Assembly (NCBI GenBank): GCA_040752575.1
Contig: JBFMGK010000025.1
Span: 1-13,413, forward strand
Direction: 5' to 3'
Source: Candidatus Bipolaricaulota bacterium
GTDB taxonomy: Bacteria > Bipolaricaulota > Bipolaricaulia > UBA7950 > UBA9294
Length of the DNA stretch: 13,413 nucleotides
Shown here: positions 8,150-13,413 of the stretch, one piece after another
Position numbering within the stretch: position 1 is the stretch's first letter
Layout: each line of letters opens with the position of its first letter
Notes under the pieces: generated by a model
What the model saw: only the letters and a program-made list of their open reading frames with translations
What the model was told of the DNA's origin: nothing
Databases searched by the model: none
Made by a program: the position numbers and the translations under genes

Positions 8150-9144
8150 CTCGTCCGCCTCTTGAGCGGCCACGTGAAAAGCCAGGCGATCTGGTACAGG
8201 ACGGTTGCGACGGCCGACAGCATGACCCCTAGCGTCGCGGTGCGCCGCGGATACGCGAGCTGGGCCATGCCCGGCCGGGCGGGGTCCTCGCGCTCGGGCC
8301 GCGTCGCGATTCCGCGCACGATCGCCGCCGGGGTCATCTCGGTCGTCTGTCCCATGACGCCTCCGGCCATGGCGGCGATCGTGTCGACGACAAGGTTGGC
8401 GTCGCCCGGTCGCAGGTCGCCGAAGAGGTCCCGGGAGAACAGCTTTCGCTCCACTGGGTCAAGGCCCGAATAGCCGATGGCGAGGTCGAGCGTTCCGACG
8501 CGGCCGATCGGCGAGTAGGTGTCGGTCACAACGACGGGAAGATCGATCCCTGTCGTCTCGCGAAGCTCGTCGCGCAGCCGACGTGCACTCGCGCAGGGAT
8601 CGACCGGCAGGCGCGTCACATATCCGTCGGGCGAGTTCATGATGTCGATTCCCGCCTCATTGAGCAGCGTGGCGTGCAGCGACTGGTAGAACTCGAAACG
8701 CTCGAGGCGATGGGCGCCCGAGGCGACGGAGAAGCCGTCGGCCGCAAGATCCTCGGTGACTCGCCGCGTTTCGCGGCGCCGAGACAGGAAACGGATCGGA
8801 ACCAAGAGCGGCGCTCCGGCATCCTCGAACATGAGCTCGAGCTTGCGCGGGTCCTTCGTGAACAGCTTTCCGAGCGCGCGTGCCCGCCACGACGGCCGGA
8901 CCTCTTCGAGCCGGACGGTGCGACCTTCGAAGAGAGCGACGACCTTCGACGAAACGGCGAGGACGTCGCCAGGTTGCGGGCGAAGCCCCGATCGCGCCAT
9001 TGCGTTGACGAGGACGGCGGCAAGCGTCGTCGTCTCGCGGTCCGCGGGAACGAGAGGACGCGAGACCGTCACTCCGTAGGCGTGCAGCGCGCGCGGGCCC
9101 CCGGTGGTTCCGGCCGGGGGTCCGTCGGTCAGCGGATTGTTCAT
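8146..9144 (-). CDS. CofE-like (coenzyme F420:L-glutamate ligase family) gamma-glutamyl ligase with a C-terminal hydrophobic helix
   Basis: GDVLAVSSKVVALFEGR, KDPR, AGIDIMNS, LPVDPCASARRLR, VVVTDT, AIGYSGLDP, RDLFG, DTIAAMAGGVMGQTTEMTPAAIVRG all match CofE. Start placed at ATG 9144, 7 nt downstream of TACGCT (9152-9157). Confidence 0.88.
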   Translation of the reverse strand: MNNPLTDGPPAGTTGGPRALHAYGVTVSRPLVPADRETTTLAAVLVNAMARSGLRPQPGDVLAVSSKVVALFEGRTVRLEEVRPSWRARALGKLFTKDPRKLELMFEDAGAPLLVPIRFLSRRRETRRVTEDLAADGFSVASGAHRLERFEFYQSLHATLLNEAGIDIMNSPDGYVTRLPVDPCASARRLRDELRETTGIDLPVVVTDTYSPIGRVGTLDLAIGYSGLDPVERKLFSRDLFGDLRPGDANLVVDTIAAMAGGVMGQTTEMTPAAIVRGIATRPEREDPARPGMAQLAYPRRTATLGVMLSAVATVLYQIAWLFTWPLKRRTS

Positions 9145-9193
9145 GCGGTAGAGCGTATCCCAGGTTCGGAGGTCCGTCACGCGCGAAACGCCC

Positions 9194-10303
9194 TCAGCGT
9201 GGCACGGCGGGCGGGAAGACGGCGTCGAACCGGCGGCGCTCGCGGGAAGGCGCGACGTCGGCGGGAGGCAGAGAGCACAGCTCGGCACGGCCGCGGGAAG
9301 CCCGAAAGACGAAAGGAATCGTGCGGTAGGAAATCCCGATCGGACGGCGGGAGGGGTCGATCTGCACGACCAGGGCAACGCCCAGCTTTGCGGCCCAAGG
9401 CCAGTAGTACGAGTCGGTCGAGATGGCGTTGCCTCCGCTGTAGCAGACGAGACCCTCCCCAGGACGTTCGATCCCTTGGATGACGTGAGGGTGGTGGCCG
9501 AACAGGAGGTCAAACCCGCGGCCCAAGAGGCGGCTCGCGAGCGCACGCGTCGCAACCGCCGGCGTGTGGCGGAACTCCATGTCCCAGTGGGGACAACCCA
9601 CGAGAACGTCCAGGGCCAGGTCCCGACGAACTGCGGCCCAGTCGGCGGCGTCCACGTCCTCGATGGTCCACGGTCGCGTCCCGGGAACCGTGAGCGGGCG
9701 GTTTCGCCAATGGGTCCATGCGCAGAAGCCCACCCGCGGGGTCAGCCCGGCCACGGCGACCAGATCGGAGCCGGTCTCTTTCAGACCGCAGGCCCGTGCG
9801 CCGAGTGCCTCCACGCGGCGCGCGGTCTCGCGGAGCGCGCGCTCGCCCGCATCCTCGACGTGGTTGTTCGCGAGCGAGACGACAAGACGCTCGATGGGGA
9901 TGCCCAGCGCCGCGACGTGTCGCGCAAAGACGTCGCCGCCGAGCTGGAACCGGAGCCCGTGCAGTCGGGTCGTCTCCCCGACGGGCGCTTCGCAGTTAAG
10001 GAACACGAGATCCGCCGAGGAGAGCGCGCGCTTCAGCTCGTCGTGCACCGCGAGCCTCAAGTCTGGCGTCGTCGCCATCACGTCGCCGAGAAAGACGATG
10101 GACAGGCCCCCCGGCGCGAGCGGCGCGGGCGGACTCTCCGGGGGAAGGGCAGCGAAGGCGCCACGCCGAGGGGGCGTCGGGAAGAGAACCCGCAGAGGCC
10201 AAACTACCGCGGTCGACCATGGGTAGGGGACTCCGAGAGCGCGGCGTAGGGAGCCGATGCGGACGTGGATCGGTCGAGCAGCGCGTGCGCTCAATCCCGT
10301 CAC
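9194..10303 (-). CDS. CapA/PgsA-family (PGA_cap) metallophosphoesterase
   Basis: FLGDVM, FLNCEAP, SLANNHVEDAG, PHWDMEF, FGHHPHVIQG, YSGGN. The start is uncertain: GTG 10303 (GTGA overlap with the upstream stop) or TTG 10294. Confidence 0.88.
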   Translation of the reverse strand: MTGLSARAARPIHVRIGSLRRALGVPYPWSTAVVWPLRVLFPTPPRRGAFAALPPESPPAPLAPGGLSIVFLGDVMATTPDLRLAVHDELKRALSSADLVFLNCEAPVGETTRLHGLRFQLGGDVFARHVAALGIPIERLVVSLANNHVEDAGERALRETARRVEALGARACGLKETGSDLVAVAGLTPRVGFCAWTHWRNRPLTVPGTRPWTIEDVDAADWAAVRRDLALDVLVGCPHWDMEFRHTPAVATRALASRLLGRGFDLLFGHHPHVIQGIERPGEGLVCYSGGNAISTDSYYWPWAAKLGVALVVQIDPSRRPIGISYRTIPFVFRASRGRAELCSLPPADVAPSRERRRFDAVFPPAVPR

Positions 10304-11766
10304 CCCACCGGCGCGGCATCCCGCCCGTCGAGAGGACCGAAGACATCGGCGAACGTCTGCGCGCGCCGCCACACCTCGGCGCGACCGTGGCGATCGATTG
10401 CCACCTTGGCGGGCAGCGGGAATCCGCAGCTGTTGGACGCGAAGTGATCGGCGCTGTAGGCGCCGGTGCCGTAAATCACAACACGTTCTCCGACGCTCGG
10501 CGCCCGGTTCAACGGCACCTTTGCTTTGCTGATCATGTCGCCCGAGAAGCACAGACGACCCGCGAGGAACGCCTCGAACGGGCGGTCGTCCGGGTGGCGG
10601 GGGAGCACGGCGGCAGCGAACAGGTCGGGGGTGATGAGGTTGGTCCCGTGGTTCACGATGCCGAGGTCGAGCGAGACGACCGGGTTCCCGAGGACGTCCT
10701 TGGTGCCGCGAACGTCGGCGAGCGTGACGCCGGCGGTTGCGAGGAGGCTCCGGCCCGGCTCGACCAGCAGACGCGGCGACCCCAGTGCGCGAAGCCGCTC
10801 GACCGTCGAACGTCCCTCGGCGTCCCGATGGATCAGCGCGTGCTCGAGCATCGCCGCTCCGGGAAAGGAGGACCAGTAGGCCTTCCCCTCCCAGCGTGGC
10901 GCCTCATCGCCGGGCTTTGCCCCCGCGTACCCCATCGCGAGGTCGTTCCATGTCACGGGGGCACCGGTCGCGCCGCGTCCGGCAAGGCGGGACCACAGGC
11001 GGGCCGTGAACGCCGCCCAGGGCGCCTGCTCGAGGAAGGCTACGGGGTAGCCTCCTCCCAGGTCGATGATCGAGAACGGCTGCCCGCGCGCCGCAGCGCG
11101 GTGGGCCAGCGCCAGGAAGTGGTCGACGAGAAGCTCGTAGGCCGCGGGGTCGGCGATCTGGGTCCCGATGTGCGCCGAGATGCCCTCGAGCGACACGCCC
11201 GGCGCCGCGCGCATCGTGGCGAAGACCTCGTCGGCCGTGCTCAACGGGAAGCCGAACTTGGTCCATTCCGAAGCCGTCGTCTGATCGTCCGCCGTGAACC
11301 CCGAGAGCGGCATGCCGCGAAACCGGGCCAGTACGGGAACCCGCTCGCCGCGGCGCGCGGCGATGCGCGAGAGCTCCGCCAACTCGTCGGCGTTGTCCAC
11401 GGCGCACAACGAGCCGCAGCGAACGATCGCCTCGAGGTAGCGCGACGTCTTGGCGTTCCCGTTGCAGACGATGCGCTCCGGGGGGATGCCTTCTTCTAGA
11501 GCAGCTTGGAGTTCGTGCTCCGAAGCCGCGTCGGCACCAAGTCCCAATTGGGCGGCTACCCGAAGGGCCCCGCGGCATGGGTTCGACTTCACCGCGAACA
11601 GCACGGAGGTCTGGGGATAGAGGCGGCGGCCGACGTCGAGGAAACGCGTCGCGTTCGCCTCGATCTCCTCGGCGAAGACGATGTGCAGGGGGAGACCATG
11701 ACGCGAAATCGCTTCTTCCACCGCGGACGCGTGGTGCTCCAGCTGCCGGTCGAGTCTCTCGATCAT
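10300..11766 (-). CDS. Group IV PLP-dependent decarboxylase (LysA/ODC fold), atypical
   Basis: FAVKSNP (PLP lysine), DAASEHEL, NGNAKT, KFG, HIGTQI, IDLGGGYP, EPGRSL, GRLCFSGD, TGAYS. ATG 11766 with a GGAGGGTGAGG RBS region. Confidence 0.9.
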   Translation of the reverse strand: MIERLDRQLEHHASAVEEAISRHGLPLHIVFAEEIEANATRFLDVGRRLYPQTSVLFAVKSNPCRGALRVAAQLGLGADAASEHELQAALEEGIPPERIVCNGNAKTSRYLEAIVRCGSLCAVDNADELAELSRIAARRGERVPVLARFRGMPLSGFTADDQTTASEWTKFGFPLSTADEVFATMRAAPGVSLEGISAHIGTQIADPAAYELLVDHFLALAHRAAARGQPFSIIDLGGGYPVAFLEQAPWAAFTARLWSRLAGRGATGAPVTWNDLAMGYAGAKPGDEAPRWEGKAYWSSFPGAAMLEHALIHRDAEGRSTVERLRALGSPRLLVEPGRSLLATAGVTLADVRGTKDVLGNPVVSLDLGIVNHGTNLITPDLFAAAVLPRHPDDRPFEAFLAGRLCFSGDMISKAKVPLNRAPSVGERVVIYGTGAYSADHFASNSCGFPLPAKVAIDRHGRAEVWRRAQTFADVFGPLDGRDAAPVG

Positions 11767-11790
11767 CCTCACCCTCCCCGAGACGCCGCC

Positions 11791-11796
11791 AGTGTA
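11791..11796 (-). promoter_or_regulatory. Putative -10 element (TACACT) for the decarboxylase-CapA unit
   Basis: AGTGTA on the plus strand, 24 nt upstream of the ATG. No consensus -35 is visible. Confidence 0.5.
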
Positions 11797-11829
11797 CCGG
11801 GTTCGCCCCGCCTTCCCCCAGCCTCGGCG

Positions 11830-11998
11830 CGGACACGTGACCGTAACGTATCTTACGTCGGGCCGCGCGGTGGTTCGGAGGCGCCCGGCGCCGAATCGCG
11901 TTGCCAAGAGCGAAGTCCTCGGATCGCCCTCTGGAGAAAGGCGCCGCGCAGGAGCCTACGCCGCGGTTCGCGCGGCCGCGCTCCTCGGCACGTGTCCG
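11830..11998. ncRNA. Candidate structured RNA or nested inverted-repeat element (~170 nt rod); strand and family unknown
   Basis: Nested complementary pairs 11830-39/11989-98, 11861-69/11969-77, 11879-82/11954-57, 11886-92/11940-46 and 11904-13/11924-34 (the last with bulges), in the only long intergenic gap. Confidence 0.45.
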
Positions 11999-12023
11999 GT
12001 GACGCGGGAAGAAGATTGCTCCG

Positions 12024-12052
12024 TTGTCGGCTCTCCTGGGGCATGGTATTCT
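12024..12052 (+). promoter_or_regulatory. Sigma70-type promoter: -35 TTGTCG, 17-bp spacer, extended -10 TGgTATTCT
   Basis: TTGTCG 12024-12029, TG 12044-12045, TATTCT 12047-12052. Confidence 0.7.
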
Positions 12053-12076
12053 GAACTGGCCTACAGGAGGTTGCCG

Positions 12077-12175
12077 ATGATCATCATCGAGATCACCGCC
12101 GGAATGCTCCTCGCGTTCTTCTGGGCGTTCTGGGTCCTCGCGTTTGCCGGCTGGTGGTGTGGCGGCGGGTGCTAG
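12077..12175 (+). CDS. Small single-TM protein, 32 aa (MIIIEITAGMLLAFFWAFWVLAFAGWWCGGGC)
   Basis: AGGAGG at 12065-12070, 6 nt before the ATG, directly after a well-spaced promoter. One hydrophobic helix; third codon positions mostly G/C. Confidence 0.72.
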   Translation: MIIIEITAGMLLAFFWAFWVLAFAGWWCGGGC

Positions 12176-12206
12176 CCACAGCGGCGCGACGACTCGGGAC
12201 GACCGA

Positions 12207-13286
12207 ATGACGCACGGGTTCCTCGAACGGGTAGGCCTCGCAGCCTGCCTCTTGGTGTTTCTATTGTGCGTTGCCGGATCGGCCGATGTCCGCACCGACC
12301 TGGCGCTACGCACGGGGCTCGATCCTGACCTCGTCGGCGTACTCCAGATCGACGACGTGGGAACGCAGGTAACGATCGTACTCGTCTTCCTCGATGCTCG
12401 CGCGTTCGAGAGCCGGATGTCACCCGCCTTGCGAGCGCTTCTCGCGCCCTTCGTCGGGCGGAATGCCCTCTACGTGAACCCCAGTGTGTCGACCTCGGCC
12501 GGTGGATTCCCGTTCGACCCGGCGAGCCTCTTGCTCGAGACCGCGGGGCGGTCCGAGCCCCTATCCGCCGAGGCCTGGATGGAGATCACGCCGGGGTTCC
12601 TCAGTGGGGCCTTCGCGGCGAACCCGGGGGGAGTGGCGCAAGGATACGGAAGCGAAGGAGTCCTCGTCCTCGGCGAGGCCGTCGACCCGGTGCTGGGCTT
12701 CGCGCTGACGTATGGAACGGCGCGGGCCGAATTCCGCATCGTATCGGACCGCGAGATCGACCGCGCGCAGGCCACGAGCCCCGCTCAGACGTCGATCGTG
12801 GTTCCGGCCCTCGACGACTCCCTGACGCTGGGCACCTTGCTCGCCGCAGCGGAGGCGTCCGAGGCATCGATCTCTGCCCTGTTCGGTCTCGACGAACGTC
12901 TCGTTCGCGTCCTCGAGATCGGCCACGGCGGAGGACTCCTGCGACTCGTCTTCGTGAGGCTGGAAGCCTCGGTGCGCGAGAGCCAGCTGGGTTGGGACTT
13001 GCTGAGCAGGATCGATCCGCTCATCGGGACGGGGGCGGCCATGGTCTGGGCCGTCTGTCCGGACGGCGGCGCCTTCACGCCCTGGGGCTTGTACGTCCAG
13101 CAGGACGCTACGAATTACGTGTTCTTCAGTCCCTCTTCGTTCGTCGAGCTGACCCGCGACTTCCTGCGCGTCGAGGGGCTGGCTCCCGGCGAGTTGGCCG
13201 CGGGAGTGCTGCGGCTTCCGAGGGGCGTGGATCCCGCGGCGCCGTTCACGATCGCCTATCAGACGTCGCGGGTCACGTATCCGTAG
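12207..13286 (+). CDS. Secreted hypothetical protein with two tandem homologous domains
   Basis: Signal peptide MTHGFLERVGLAACLLVFLLCVAGSA|D, and an internal duplication visible by eye. Confidence 0.82.
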   Translation: MTHGFLERVGLAACLLVFLLCVAGSADVRTDLALRTGLDPDLVGVLQIDDVGTQVTIVLVFLDARAFESRMSPALRALLAPFVGRNALYVNPSVSTSAGGFPFDPASLLLETAGRSEPLSAEAWMEITPGFLSGAFAANPGGVAQGYGSEGVLVLGEAVDPVLGFALTYGTARAEFRIVSDREIDRAQATSPAQTSIVVPALDDSLTLGTLLAAAEASEASISALFGLDERLVRVLEIGHGGGLLRLVFVRLEASVRESQLGWDLLSRIDPLIGTGAAMVWAVCPDGGAFTPWGLYVQQDATNYVFFSPSSFVELTRDFLRVEGLAPGELAAGVLRLPRGVDPAAPFTIAYQTSRVTYP

Positions 13287-13299
13287 GTGAGGGGGGAGG

Positions 13300-13413
13300 A
13301 TGCGCATCGTGTTGGCTTCGGCGTCCCCACGTCGACGCGAGTTGCTCGGGCGTCTTGTCGCGGAGTTTGACGTGATCCCGAGTCATTGCGCCGAACCGAC
13401 GACCGGGGCGGCC
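13300..13413 (+). CDS. maf: Maf-family nucleoside triphosphate pyrophosphatase, 5' partial
   Basis: Absent from the ORF track; ATG 13300 after a G-rich RBS translates to MRIVLASASPRRRELLGRLVAEFDVIPSHCAEP. LASxSPRRxELL is the Maf signature. Confidence 0.92.
   Translation, partial: MRIVLASASPRRRELLGRLVAEFDVIPSHCAEPTTGAA

Noticed and set aside
8146..10303. Canonical F420 biosynthesis or capBCA capsule locus
   Set aside because: No cofC/D/G/H and no capB/capC in the window, so gene symbols were withheld.
11885..11960. Glycine riboswitch or SRP RNA (CTCTGGAGA and CGCCGAA fragments)
   Set aside because: The fragments do not form a glycine aptamer in order and there is no CUCUCAGG. The SRP core CAGG...GGAA...AGCAG is absent.
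11800..12020. Lysine riboswitch upstream of the lysA-like gene
   Set aside because: The minus strand has GAGGAGCG but lacks the following AGUA, GAAAGG, GCCGAA and CUGUC elements, and the likely -10 (11791-11796) lies downstream of the element.
12207..12290. Lipobox LAAC in the secreted protein
   Set aside because: The Cys lies before most of the hydrophobic stretch; a signal peptidase I site after AGSA fits better.
6171..12313. Long antisense or alternate-frame ORFs (e.g. 6171-7529 -, 6950-8173 -, 10219-11499 +, 10904-12313 -)
   Set aside because: These shadow frames overlap motif-supported genes, are mostly Arg/Pro/Ala-rich or motif-free, and are expected at this GC content.
1..13413. CRISPR array, tRNA/rRNA, transposase/integrase or defence system
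   Set aside because: No spaced direct repeats, cloverleafs, rRNA motifs or recombinase/nuclease motifs seen, and no obvious compositional shift.

Overview
GC-rich bacterial DNA, almost fully coding, with no rRNA, tRNA, CRISPR array or recognisable mobile element. From left to right it holds: the 5' end of a SARP/BTAD-type regulator (-); a Cys-motif hypothetical protein; overlapping M90 (MtfA-like) and M28/DUF4910-type zinc peptidases; an Fe-S flavoprotein (-); a divergent Fpg/Nei glycosylase; a class I glutamine amidotransferase (-); an MFS transporter; a sugar-phosphate nucleotidyltransferase; a co-oriented minus-strand trio (atypical group IV PLP decarboxylase, CapA-like metallophosphoesterase, CofE-like gamma-glutamyl ligase with a C-terminal membrane anchor); a ~170-nt rod-like inverted-repeat element; a 32-aa membrane microprotein with its own promoter; a secreted protein built from a tandem duplicated domain; and the 5' end of maf. 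The best candidates for new biology are the decarboxylase/CapA/CofE trio, the intergenic structured element, the microprotein, and the Fpg homologue with altered recognition residues. All family calls come from motifs recognised by eye; no searches were run.
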